In this document: piece after piece, positions 37,621-50,166 of the stretch
Layout: every line of letters starts with the position of its first letter
Position numbering within the stretch: the first letter of the stretch is position 1
From: Utricularia gibba
Taxonomy: Eukaryota > Plantae > Magnoliophyta
NCBI GenBank assembly: GCA_002189035.1
Contig: NEEC01000017.1
Span: 744,001-808,000, forward strand
DNA length: 64,000 nucleotides
Direction: 5' to 3'
Program-made: the position numbers and the translations under genes
Notes under the pieces: model-generated
What the model saw: only the letters and a program-made list of their open reading frames with translations
Database searches by the model: none
What the model was told of the DNA's origin: nothing

Positions 37621-37779
37621 TTTGTCATAATAAACCGTGATATAAATTGTTATCAAATAATCTACTTTTATGAAAGTAGTTTCAAATAATCATATAGAAA
37701 ATATCAAAAATAAATAACTTCTACTAGCAATTAATTAAAGTTGTTCAAACCAAAAAACTTCAAATTTATCTGACTATTC

Positions 37780-40700
37780 TGTTGGTAGTGGATTCACTTC
37801 CCAATCCATCTCGTTGTGTATTCTTGTGCGACGTTGTTTGTCAACGATAGTTCAGCAGTGTATAGGATCATGGTATAAGGTTCAGCCCATGTAAGGGACA
37901 TAGGTATCACAATCAAGAAGTTTTCAACTGTAGAATTCGCAAAGCATGCAATATATCGAGACTAATCATGAGATCATCGGCACTTACCTTTACCTTTTCA
38001 GCAGCATCAATAGCAAGAGAGCATGTAACACTATATTTAATCCACTTTCCACAACTACAAGGTTGATCACAAAGCATCACTCTGTAGCGATAGTGTCTCC
38101 CTTTCCCATGGTTGACGACTTGAATCTGAAATGACATATTCTCAATCTCGAATTGGTACACTTGGTGTGTCGTGGCTCGTTCTCGTGCTCTATCTCAAAA
38201 ACGTTTTGCCTCCTCTAAGAGAGCCTCCGTGCATCGATAACATTAAATAAAATAATAAAATATTAAAAATACTCAACATTAAGTAACCTTAACATTGTAT
38301 GTTAAGTGTCATTTTCTAGTTATTTATTAGGTATTATTATGTGATAATCTAGTATAAAGTCACCAAAATTAGGAGTCTTATGGTTAAGTGTTTGATTTTA
38401 TTAGAAAATTCCTCTTTTTCTATTTTGTATATATTTTCTTTGTTTTTTTCGTGCACTTTGACCGAGATATATCAAGAGGAAGTCATGGAGTGTTGTAGGA
38501 GTATTGCAAGAGGCCAAACTCAGACTTTTCATGCCTTATACGCAACTTGGAACGATTGTGAGTGGAAGCCTGACACTGGCCAGAGTCTGCAGAAATGATT
38601 GGACACTAACTTGCAAGTAAAGGAAAGCTGCTAGCGCACGCAAGATAGAAGGAATGATGAGAAGGGGACTATAAGGAGTTAATGCACGTGGGGAGTGATA
38701 TAAAATCAACTTGGAACACCTATTTTCGGATCTTATTTCGCACTTATCTTTGTACTTAGAACTTTTGAGTTTTTCCTCTCCTCCAAGGGAGGAAAAATAC
38801 TTAGCTTCCATTTCCGTTTCTATTTTCATAGCCCTTTTAGGCTAAACTCTCTTAGTTTCTGGAAGTAGATGAAGTTTCCTTCCAAGTCTTGAGCACTAAA
38901 CTCGATTTTTCGTTGACATCAGTCCGGATTTTGTATACTTCCACGCGTCTTGTTGCAGTCTTTCTGTAACGACTCTTAGTCACGGTCCATGAGTAGTAGG
39001 CTACTCCTCACAGGTCTTGATGAAGAGCAAGGTGAAGAGCACCAACTTCAATGCTACCTGTTCGAGGGAAGTAGCGAATTGTTTGTGGTCGAGGTATTGC
39101 GACAGTGGACAGGTTGTGACCTTGTGCCTGCCACTAGTCATTGACAACAGCTAGGCACACACGCACAATTCGGTTTTGAAGGCAATCGACGGCAATCCTC
39201 TTGTTTTCTTAATCGTTCAAGGGGGAATCACATGAGGATATTCCCGTGCCTCTTTGTTAATCAAAGTATAAGAGAAAGTAAGCTATTCCTTACTCCTATA
39301 ACTAGATAATTGGAAGGAATCAGTGAAAAAAGAGGCGAGGATAGACGAAAGAAGGAAGTAGAATCTCATTCCAAGGAACTGCAATCCGTAATCAAAGTCC
39401 ATTACTTAGGTTGTAACTTTAATTTTTGTATTTCAAAAACACCCTTTTTACAAATCTGTGACAATTTGTAAAGGTTTTCTACAAAACACTTTTCGCAAGA
39501 CTCAATTCCCTGATATAGATACTCGTACTGTGCTCTTTAGAATTTTACGTTTTATATATTTAAAATTTTTTGAGGAAATGATAAGAAACATGGTAGCTAA
39601 TGGTTTTCTATCATCAAGGTTATCTCTTGTTTATGCTTGTGGAGGATGGTAGCTGACTTGTACAATGTAGACTCAACAGGTAGCTTTTGCACCGATGATT
39701 CCCATATTCTATAGACTAACTCAAAAGCAAGTTGATCACTGTACCATGTACATTCATAAGTAATCTTCTTCTGATATTTTTCAAAAATACAGTTTCGAGC
39801 ATCTGCAACCTTAATACCTACAACAAAGAAAAGTTATTAAGAATGTAAACTATGTAAAAAATTTAAGAAATATTTAAACTATATCTCTTTCTTTATGTGC
39901 ATTATGTATAAGCTCATATCCAATGAATAAAACAGAAAGGTTGCGATGTTGCAGTCCATCCATGTATGTCATGCAAGTATGTGGAAAGTTACAAATCGAT
40001 ACTTGCCAAACTTAATCACATGTAGATAGCATAATCCTTTCAATAACAATTAGGATCTATGTTAGCACGAGTACATTTGCCCTCCCAGAATGTGGGTTGA
40101 CTAACCGAAACGCTGAATTCATATCCTCATTTTATATGATAGTGAGCAACACAATATTAGGAATGAATTTTACTGAATTTTACTAGCAAATGCAATTCTC
40201 TTATTCAACACATGTACCTTCTCATCGTAGCACCTATACTTGCCACCATAAATTCCTCATATATGAAAGTGTTTATTGGATTACTTTGAAAAGAGGATAC
40301 TCCTCCCTCACAGAACACCCCAAAGAATCGTTGAGAGCGAGATCCAGACAATTATACTGCACAAGGTACCTCAATTATGGTCTCTAGTGCTTTGTCCTCA
40401 CAAACATTTGTTGATGGGGCTTCACAATCCTCACTCGAGTCAGTGTCTCCATCGTCATCAGCAAGGTTGACCATATCTTCAAAAAAAGTCAATGATAAAA
40501 TTTCATACATTTAGAGTTAACATCCCTAAAATTTCTTTTTAAGGGAATCCTTTAGTCATACTCACACTTAAGTTGTTATCATGGGTTAAAAATAATGATA
40601 ATTAAATATTCGGAGATATGCTTATAATATAATTAATTATTGTAAATATAAAAAATGAATAGTTCTTAACATATCTAATAAAACAAATATCTTCATAGTT

Positions 40701-40830
40701 GATATTTGGCATATTGGTGTAAGCCCATAAAAGAGTATGAGAATTTTCACTCTCATTATAGGGTAAATTGACATTTTCGCTGTTAAATGTCATATTATTT
40801 GGATATTGAGAATTAGATGACATTCCAAAA
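37780..40830 (-). pseudogene. MuDR transposase relic of the PMD-MULE, interrupted by solo LTR B; DDE core not recognised
   Basis: SWIM-like 'CDQPCSCGKWIKYSVTCSLAI' (37913-38161); MuDR-type N-terminal blocks at ~39640-40830. Confidence 0.7.
38300..39590. mobile_element. Solo LTR (1291 bp), copy B, inverted relative to copy A
   Basis: TGTTAAGTG...GAAACA ends; TSD TTGTA/TGGTA (38295-38299, 39591-39595, one mismatch); alignable to copy A at both ends and internally. Confidence 0.85.
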
Positions 40831-42402
40831 AAATAAAAAAAAATTAGTGTATTTATTCATTCTGAAATGATAAAATAAATATATATAATCAATAATTGTA
40901 TGATTATTATAAAGTATAAAAAAAATTTAAAAAAAATTATAAAGGAAAAAATATATATTATCAAATTTTTCTTCAACTCCAATTCTACTCAACTTTAAAT
41001 ATAAATAAAAAAATTTATGGAGATGTGAAATATATATAAAAGAGAAGATATGAGCTTAATAGTAAAGTACATCGATGATGATGTGTTGTAATAAGGTGTT
41101 ATTGGTGATAATGCCTTATCTAAAACACCATGAGTGATGGCATAAGACGCAAGATGTTACTAATAATAATATATAATGTTGTTATTATAATATAATTATC
41201 GATCAATATAATTTAAATTAGTCTTTCAGCTATTAGAATGTTCCGGTGATTTCTGTGAAAAAACTGACTTAACGGTCATAGTCACTGGTCCCATTTGTAG
41301 CCTCCAGCATTTGGTCTCTAACGAGGGAAACATAGTCTGGATTCGGGCTGGGCCTATTTAGTCGTTAGCCCACCTAGACTGAGGCTGCCAGCCCAACAGA
41401 ATAAGTCGTCCAATTTATTTTCAATATATAGACAGAAATTAATCATAATACCTATAAAATGTTAAATTTTGATTAGATCGTCCAATTTATTTCAATATTG
41501 AGAGAGATATCAAAATAGTGATGATATTTCTATGAATATGCTTAGAAATAAGATTTGTTCCTGTGTGTGTGAGGGTTCATTGGTCGAAACAAGGGGTCGC
41601 ACCTCCCTCTCAGTAATGGGTGGTCCAAAGACTTTAAAGCTATATGTTTTAATAAAAAAATAGATTATTTAAATATTCAATCTCTTTTATCATCATAAAG
41701 TTATCATATGTAGGTACAAATCTATCAGCATTATTTTGATCAACTTGGAAAACCTAAAGGCAAAAAATTGAAATAGAAAAAGAAATGTGAGAATCATTGG
41801 AAATAACTTTATTAGAATTAAAAAAATGAACCCTTTTACATTATGTTGCTATTTTTGAAATTGAATATTTATTTTTTAATTCTAAAAATGACAAATATTA
41901 AATAATGAGAATATTTGGAGAAAACCCTTTGAATTGTACAAAAATATCGGATGAATCAGAAATTTAATCATGTGTCAAATATTATTTGAAAAAATGACCA
42001 CATATATATATATATATATACATATTTGCCTTAAGTGTGAAATATAATATGAAATTGACCGATTTTCTAAATGGCAAAAAATATTTGTGATCGTTCACTT
42101 TTTTAAATGCGTCTCCGACTAGATATTTGTTGGCGGTATGAGTCCCATCGTTGGGTGCTTTTATGGAAACAACTGTAAATATCCCAGATATTTATTTCAT
42201 TCTACCGACGGACGGACCATGGCGACAAGGCAATTTACGGAATGCTTTATTGTGCTTCTAACTGGAAAAGAAATGGTTCCTTTTCCTTTTAATTAAAGTA
42301 CATGCAGATCATCTCCATTTGTGGCCTAAGAAGTATGTGGGGATTGAACCAAGATATGTACAGAAGGAGAGGATTTAATGGGGGTACATTTCTTCTTCCA
42401 TT

Positions 42403-43866
42403 TCACACACAGTCTCTTCTGCAAAGGGGACAGCTTCCTTGTCTTGAGAGCCACACATCTACGCACTGCTGGTGAAAGAAGTGTCGGCAACTTGGCATGA
42501 GTCTCCCCGACTCCCCCTCGTGTAAATCCTGCACGATGCGCTTGAAATATTGGAGCCCTGTTGGAGTGATCGACAGAAGGAGAACAGTGGACTAACCTGT
42601 AAGCAGATGGCGCAGCTGGAGTCGGAGCGTAGAGCCTGGGTGAAGGTGAAGCACGGCAGAGATCTGATGGTTTCTTGGGGTAATCCGCTTAGGGGGTAGC
42701 CTTCGAATAGGTCGGAGACTTCGTTAGTGTTGATGTCCATTGCACCCACCTGAAAAAGGTTGGGTTTTTAGACATCTGAGATGAGAATGGAACACGCAGG
42801 GAGGGCTAGAGTTGAGATGATGGACTCGCCTGCCATTGATAGGCTTTGAGAATTGCAGGACTAACCCATTCCATAAAGATCTTTCCATTAATCAGACTGC
42901 ATATTAGGCCAATCTGAAAACAAAAAGAAAAAGCTCATTGAATAGGGATCATTTGCCAGATTCCTGATATCGCATATCAGGGATATACCAGAACACTGAT
43001 TGCAGAGACAAGGTCTGGTTTGGTACTTTGTAATAAACATTAAAGAACAAAAGACGTGTAAGGCATGCATAGCTTTCGGTCCATATGTTTCCAATACAGA
43101 CACTCAGAAAGCAGATTGTTTTCATCAAAAAAACACAGCACAGATGGGGAGAAATTCATTGAGCGATGGGATGTCAAGGCCCACTTCTCTTTTCTGGTTA
43201 GAGGCTTTAAACACCTCCCACCATTGAATGCTACGAAAGAAAACGGGAAGTTATTAATTGTGATGGGGGCACAGTAATGAATTCCGCATCACCCTTTATG
43301 GCAATGCATTCAAGTGTAGAGTTAGGTTTACCTTTGAAAATGGCTCTCCGTTTAGTATCAGTTCTACCAGTTGGACCCCCGTAATGGCCCCCGTCATTGC
43401 GCCAACGCCTACACCTCGAAGAATACCAGTTTCCGTCGTTTGCCCCTTGAGAGCTCCAGTAATTACTCCTATGACAGCCCCACCTACAAGGAAAAATATC
43501 CCGGTACACAAACCATGCTCTCCGTTCTCCTAGAACAATACTAAAAAAAGATCTACTGAAGATGGCTGATGAGATTTCATATGCTGAAGGGCGGAGAGTT
43601 TCCTTCTGAATAGCATATCCCCAGTCTCAAACTTTCAACAAACGGTTGGTGGGCGCGGCGTTTACTGACCGACACCAACAAAACAGAGCAGCCGAAAAAA
43701 AAATAAGGAAAGACACAAGGATCGCACCTATCGCGAAAATGCAAGTTATCACGGCGACGACTACTTTCTTGAGGATCCATCCTAGGGAGGAGTCACTGAA
43801 TCGCAAGAAACCTGAAGAGCAGACGGCGGCAGCCCTGTTCCCGATTACTTGAGCATATATCAACAT
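42403..43866 (-). CDS. RING-H2 E3 ubiquitin ligase (NEP1-interacting protein-like group), 5 exons: 43728-43866, 43332-43483, 42830-42913, 42597-42749, 42403-42528
   Basis: '[15 protein letters not shown]', '[16 protein letters not shown]', RING-H2 C-x2-C...C-x-H-x2-H-x2-C...C-x2-C ([31 protein letters not shown]). Phases join; intron 3 has a GC donor. Confidence 0.92.
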
Positions 43867-44210
43867 TTGCACGAAGCCTCAGAAAGTGGGTAGCCGCAGA
43901 GCCACAGAAAGATCACTTGTTCAGTGTTCGAGAGACATCTACAGAGAGGTTCAAGACTGAAAAGAAGCGCAACGCGCATGGTGGTTTATATAGTGGGGAA
44001 GGGGGGAGAGAGACCACACAGAGAAAACGAGTTAAATACTCCATTTTTTTAAGTGGCTCCTTTTTTTTCGTACATTCATTTCATTGGAACAGCGCATGCT
44101 CAGCATCCAATTTTAATTGGCAAATAATTCTCGGAAAACAATTACTTTTTCTCAATTTTATTCACCAATAAAAATAATATTTGCACACACCAAGAGGTAG
44201 TATATAATAT

Positions 44211-44574
44211 AAAAAATACAAAGTGCACAACACACTTATATAATTTTGGTATTTATTTTGCATATTAAAAATAAAATTTATTACATGTATGAAATTATGT
44301 TTAGATCTAAGATCATTGTTTCTATTTTTTTAAAATTCATCTTTTCATTTTGTTGCCATTTATTTTGAGTTTGTTTTTAGAAAAACTAAAAATAATCCAT
44401 TTTTATATAAATGATTTTTATTTATTAGTTCGATTGTTTTTATTCACTTGTATAATTATCATTAACATATACCAAGATGTAATTTCTAATAAAAAATACA
44501 AAGTGCAGGCCACACTTATATAATTTTGGTATTTATTTTACATATTAAATATAAAATTCATTACATGTATTAAA
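44211..44574. repeat. ~84-bp imperfect direct repeat, 280 bp apart, upstream of the RING gene
   Basis: 'aaaaaatacaaagtgca..cacacttatataattttggtatttatttt.catattaaa.ataaaatt.attacatgtat' at 44211 and 44491. Confidence 0.8.
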
Positions 44575-45599
44575 AGTGTTATCTTAATGTTACGTAGTTA
44601 TTATAATGCGGTGGCCACCATACTATGTTTGCATCGTCAGAATAAACAAACAATTATATTAAAATATTCAATTAAATTATTCATCTTATCGGCAATTATT
44701 ATCCAAGCATATTGGATAATATTTAATTGAATATAAAGGTTATTTTTTTTAGTAAATAATGCACATTAATTTAATTACTCAACACTACCTCGCACTATAA
44801 ATAATTTATTATGAGAAATCTTCATATTTTGTCCTACATTTATCACATTTCTACTGAATTTTACGAATATTATTGTTTTTAAGGAGTTTTCTCCCAACAC
44901 TCTAATTTTTCTTTTTTTTATTTGAACAGATGTTTGTCTCTTTTTTTTTAATCACATAAATATTTCTAAGTTGATTCTACATGTCAATATTTTTTGCAAT
45001 ATTAATCTAGAGAATCATTACGTGGTTTATGAGCGAGGCTAAGCTCCCTTTGCTTGGACGCCTTTGTGTGTGTGGGGAAGAATGGCCAGGCAGCCACTAA
45101 CATCCATTTTATTTCTATGAGTTTTGCATTGCAGTGTGCCAAACATTTGCTTCCAACTTACTTAAATTGAGCTGAACTAGGCGATTGTTCCTGATGGGAA
45201 TTCCACGATGGATAAAACTGTCAAGTGGCCTCACTGTGAACTGTGGTCGCCACTGGTGGACAGATAGACTAGGAATGCTACAGTGTCTGAACAGCAAATA
45301 CCCATTATTGTCATCCATGGAATATGGACAAAGCAACAATCATTCTGGTATTATATTTTTGCCTCTGCTCGCTGCTCCTCACATTTCCAGACTATTCCGT
45401 AGTCATGTTTGGTTAAGGAATTGGGCTCTATGACAATGTTCAGCATAAATTGAGGCTCAGACATCAAGTACATCAGTTGAGTTGGGAATGCCCGGATACA
45501 TGTCCTATGAAATAACATATAATCACTAGGAGCATTTGCATGGGGCGCGCATAAAACATGGAGCAATCAACAAAAAGTAGAAATAATTGACTTTTACCC

Positions 45600-46525
45600 T
45601 AAGTTATCAATCTTGAGAGACACCTTCGTCTTGTGATTCATCTCAAAAAATAAGTAATTCGGCAATTTGTTAAGTTCATTTGATTGTGCAGTGGTTGATT
45701 GTGGGGAGGCTACTATTTTCAATTGTCATACAACATCTACTCGAAGGCAAAGAGCGAGCCTGGAGGGCTATTGATGAATTCATGTATTGTGCTTGAAACT
45801 CACAACCAGTAGATGAAAAAGAGATATTTCAAGTGTTTATGGATTGAGGTTTCTTTTGACCAGCTTGATAGGCAATATGGGATGAGGGAGAATGATGAAA
45901 AAAGTTATGTCTGAGCTCATAATTGTTAAGTTGGAGAATTAATTTAGAGTATGTGGATATTGGCTGTTTTGGCATGATAGTGGTGAAGTCATTCATAAGA
46001 GTATTCTAAGGTATGAAGGAGAAGAGATACTTTTCCAACATCACCAATTGACTTTCTAATGGCAGTGAGTAAGTCGTACAATCGTTTAAAAGAGATGGAG
46101 ATGATCTTCCATGGATGTTGAATTTGTTTTTTGCAGGTATGTTAATTGGTGTAGAAGAACTAAGGCATGCTCCTCAGAAACTTAAGCGCAACTTTTAGTG
46201 CAACCCAAACAATATAACATGTTTCTAGATCTATAACAAGATCAAGTGAATTTTTAAAAAGAGTATCAATAATCCAACTTTAAAAGAGATGATGACCAGA
46301 TTGCCGCTAGGAGAGGTAAGCATTGGTTTGTGGAGGTGGAACTTCTATGGTATGTCCTATAGGAGAATTTATATATTGAATAGTTGGTTGTGTTTCACCT
46401 TTAAGATGGCTGATAAGATTTTGACTCTTAGCCAAAATTAAGACATATTCTTGCCAAAGAAAATAAGTAGTGGGACTGAGTTTAATGTTGACAAAATTGC
46501 CAACATTGAGGGGAAGAGTAGCCAT
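45600..46525 (-). mobile_element. Decayed Copia gag fragment (Ale-like N-terminus)
   Basis: 'IKLSPTTYFLWQEYVLILAKSQNLISHLKG' follows the KL...NY..W..Q....L...L..F.DG gag pattern; downstream is heavily decayed. Confidence 0.6.
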
Positions 46526-47189
46526 GAGATATTCGAGTGTGAAAATTTAACCACTAAGTATGAGGATCAAATGAAATTACTATTATGAGAGAAGTATGAC
46601 ACCATAAAGAAATGGTAGATGATGAAAGAAAAATTATATTCAAGTTTCAAATAAAATTTACAATATTGGTTTGTGAATGGATTATTTAGAGAGAAATTTT
46701 AATGAATGAAAAATGAATTTAAGCACAATCTTCGAACAAGGGATCATCTCTAAGTAAAGAATTTGGTCTTTTTTAGTTTATTTTTCTTATTCTCACTTAA
46801 TTGCAACCATTTGTTTATGGATGCAGTAGTATATGGGCTGGACGGGCAATAAACTTGTAATGAGAATGATCGATGAAGTTGGTATATGTTACATGATCTC
46901 AACACTTATGCCAGTTGTTTGATTCATTAATGCTTTAATTTAATAATTGTTTATTGATTTGAGTCATTAGTGAAAAATTGACTTTTTCTGGATCTTTGAC
47001 TTTTTACTTATAAAAAATCTTATGTTGTTTTTTTCTTTCAATTTCCTTTGATAACCTATAAGATAAACACTGTAAGTTAAAAAACTAATTTAACTTGAAT
47101 CTGATCTCCATAGAAATCGTAGGATGTTTTATTAACAATATTTAGTTTTCCTTCATCATCTTCCTACACCCATGGAAGATTGACTCCAC

Positions 47190-47400
47190 TTGGAAACTAG
47201 GAAGGTGAAACACAATGGAGGATGGGCCCAATGAGGGTCTGTGATGGGTCATAAATCAACCGTTGGGGTGATAATCAAGGAATGAGCTTGTGAATGGAGA
47301 AGAATTGCTGAAATGCCATTCTCCACCACACGAGTAGCTTTACTAGAGGTGAGCGGCATCATCTTTTGTCTACCAAGGGGTAGGGAGGATGCTGAAGGGT
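47190..47400 (+). mobile_element. Possible LINE RNase H-like relic
   Basis: 'KVKHNGGWAQ*GSVMGHKSTVGVIIKE*ACEW' loosely follows the VKLN.DG...G.AG.G.IIRD..GEW pattern. Confidence 0.3.
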
Positions 47401-48040
47401 ATAGATCTGAGCATGGTGAGTCTAAACAAACACTGGATTGATAGGGAATCAACTCGAATTGAAGTAGAGGAATCGAGAGAGTTTCTTTGAACTCCAATCA
47501 TTCTATTTCTCTCACTATCATTACTCTCTCATCTATATAATTTAAATATTACACGCACATATGAATAAGCAGCCCACATGAGCCCTAATGGTGCATTTGC
47601 TTCGTGGGCTTAGGTAGATTTATAAGTTGCTTTAATGTAATAGGTGTGTTTGGTATATAAGTTCCTATCGGGTACAAATTTACCTGACAGGTTTACTTAA
47701 ATCTATCGGCAACCTGCTCATATGGGTTTATATAAACCCATCTAGGGAGGTGGGTTTAAATATACTCGTCTTTAACCATGCTGCGTTTTTCAATTTTAGC
47801 CCTTTCCTTATTATTTACTTTCAATCGTGCCCTTGTTTTTACTAAAAATACTGTTGGTGTCCCTACTCCTTAATTTGCGCAAATCACCGTCTTCTACACA
47901 ACCAATCTTCTGTTAAATTGTGACAATACATCTTGGTTAAGGTGCACATGATTGTTGTAAGCAAGCATACAGTTGGATGTGATTGTATTTATTATTAAAC
48001 TATTTTTTATGCTCTAATTTAATCCATCTTGTGGTAAGTA

Positions 48041-49310
48041 GTGGGTTCGCGCAGTGAAATGATGGTGAGGTCTTACGAGTCTGAAAATGAGGCCATGTTA
48101 GCTGCTATTACATGTGTGTTAACAAAATACCTAGTTAGGTTGAATTTTATTGTCTATCTTTATTGGACTCGTTATTGTGGGAGACAAAAACGTAAATGCA
48201 AGTATTCTATGAAGGCGAAGATGAACATACGGGTTGACTATTTAAGTAGTCTTTTAACAGACTCTAACTCGGCATCGTTAGAAAATCTAAGGTTATCAAA
48301 AGATGTGTTCAGAAAGCTATGTTATATTTTGCAAGTGCATGCATTCATGAGAAGGTTGCTATGTTTTTGGGAGTATTATCGCATCACAAAAAAATGCGAG
48401 TTCAAAAACATATTTTATAGGCGATCGAGAAAGACATTATCTCGGTATTTTAAAGAAGTTTTCGATGCAGTTCTCACTCTCAATGATATTCTCTTGGAAA
48501 GTGCTGAAAATAATCAGTCCACACAGGGTAGATTCAAATACTTTTAGGTACATTTTAGTCCATTTAGCTTGATATTTCTTATTTCTAGCATTAATGTAGT
48601 ATTCGTATTGCATGCATTTCCATTATGTTCTTGTCGAATTGTGTAGGAGCATTGGATGGCACATATGTTGGCGTGCAAGTGAGCTCTAATGAGAAACCCA
48701 GGTACCGTAATCACAAAGACCAAATATCTATCAATGTGCTTGGTGTATGCGATGAGAATATGCATTTTATCTATATTCTTGTTGGATGGGAGGGTTCCGC
48801 CGCCGACAGCAGGGTTCTAAATGATGCACTAACACGAGAAAATAGGCTATGCGTTAATAGAGGTAATTTTTTTGACAAAGCAATCCTCCTATTATTAGTT
48901 ATATGCACGTAATTTACGATGTAACATGTCCATCTCTTGTGATAGGTACTTATTATTTATGTGACAATGGATACGCAAATTGTGAAGGATTTTTAGTACC
49001 TTATAGGGGTTCGATATCATTTGAAGAATTGAGATGTTGGAACTCAAACACCCCAAAATGCACAGAAGTATTTCAATATGCGGCATTCTTCCGCTAGAAA
49101 TGTTGTTGAACGAGTTTGGGGGCTCATGAAGATGATCTAAGACCCTCTCGAGGTTGCAGTGCCTCAAGATTTCCATAATGTAGATGTAGACACGGGTGAA
49201 GTTGAAGATGACAATTCAGCCACTGGGTCCTCCCATTCTTGGAATACATTTCGCGATGCATGCGCTGCCAACATGTACGAGGAGTGGCTGTCATGTCGTA
49301 GAAGAAGGTA
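48041..49310 (+). pseudogene. Harbinger DDE transposase (HARBI1-like), with frameshifts and stops
   Basis: 'LENLRLSKDVFRKLC', 'CVGALDGTYV..NVLGVCD..FIYILVGWEGSAADSRVL', 'YYLCDNGYAN..GFLVPYRG', 'RHSSARNVVERVWG'. Confidence 0.9.
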
Positions 49311-50166
49311 ATGTTGTGCCATTAATGATTCCTATGGTTGCCTATGTGGTAAGAGATTTTTTTGATAGGGGGGACATAAACACTTTTGGCCAGATTTTGT
49401 ATCTTGTATCATTAGTTTAGGTATTTCTAAAGCCACTATTATGCACTCCCACTACATACATTCCTATTTTCATACTTTTATCCAGTAAGTAGGTGTTGTA
49501 ATTATTCTATTAAGAAAAATAATAGTACACTATTGGATCCATAGACGGAAAAAAAAAAACACTTTGTCATCAGGAATCCTATGCTTTTGAGCATCATTTG
49601 GATTGACTATTGCAAGCACCACAATATGTCAATTCTAGTGCTAACAGAATTGATTATTGCAACCACCGCAATACATGGACTCTAGTGCTTTTTGAATTGG
49701 TTTGTTATACCAAATACTATCGAATGCTCACCCCTTCTCAATAATATACATATATACTTACATGTACGCTCATTCATAATTAATAAAATGAAAGGGTATT
49801 TAACTTACTCTATTAAAATGGTATTCTGCAAACCTGTTTTTCACAGACTTACAAACATTGGCGTGCAGGTTCAGAGGTGCTTACCAATAACATGCACTTC
49901 CATAAAAATGCTTGTCCGAAACCCCGCAATGCGACCTTCGCACTGCCTTCTTGCAACCACTAATCTTAACGTATGTTTACCCTCACACTCCACTTGAATT
50001 TCCTTCACAATGTTTTCTCTGAAAGAGCATTCGTGTAGCTAGGATTGCAAGTATATCAAACATGGCACATTAAAATTCCAAAAATTAGTGAAGTGACAAC
50101 ATCAAATGAAAATTGCAAATATCCATACACTACATTGTCCGAAAAGGAAAACAAAGGAAGTTCTTC

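Larger units (their letters stand above)
33595..41227. mobile_element. Delimited 7.6-kb Mutator-like element carrying a PMD (plant mobile domain) gene convergent with its MuDR transposase; both decayed
   Basis: TIRs GAAAAATTAATATAAATAATATTGGTTAATAATTAT (from 33595) vs reverse complement GAAAGACTAATTTAAATTATATTGATCGATAATTAT (to 41227), with similarity continuing inward past 'ccatcact(g/c)atggtgtttta'. 11-bp TSD AGCTCTTAGAA (33584-33594) / AGCTATTAGAA (41228-41238). Confidence 0.85.
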
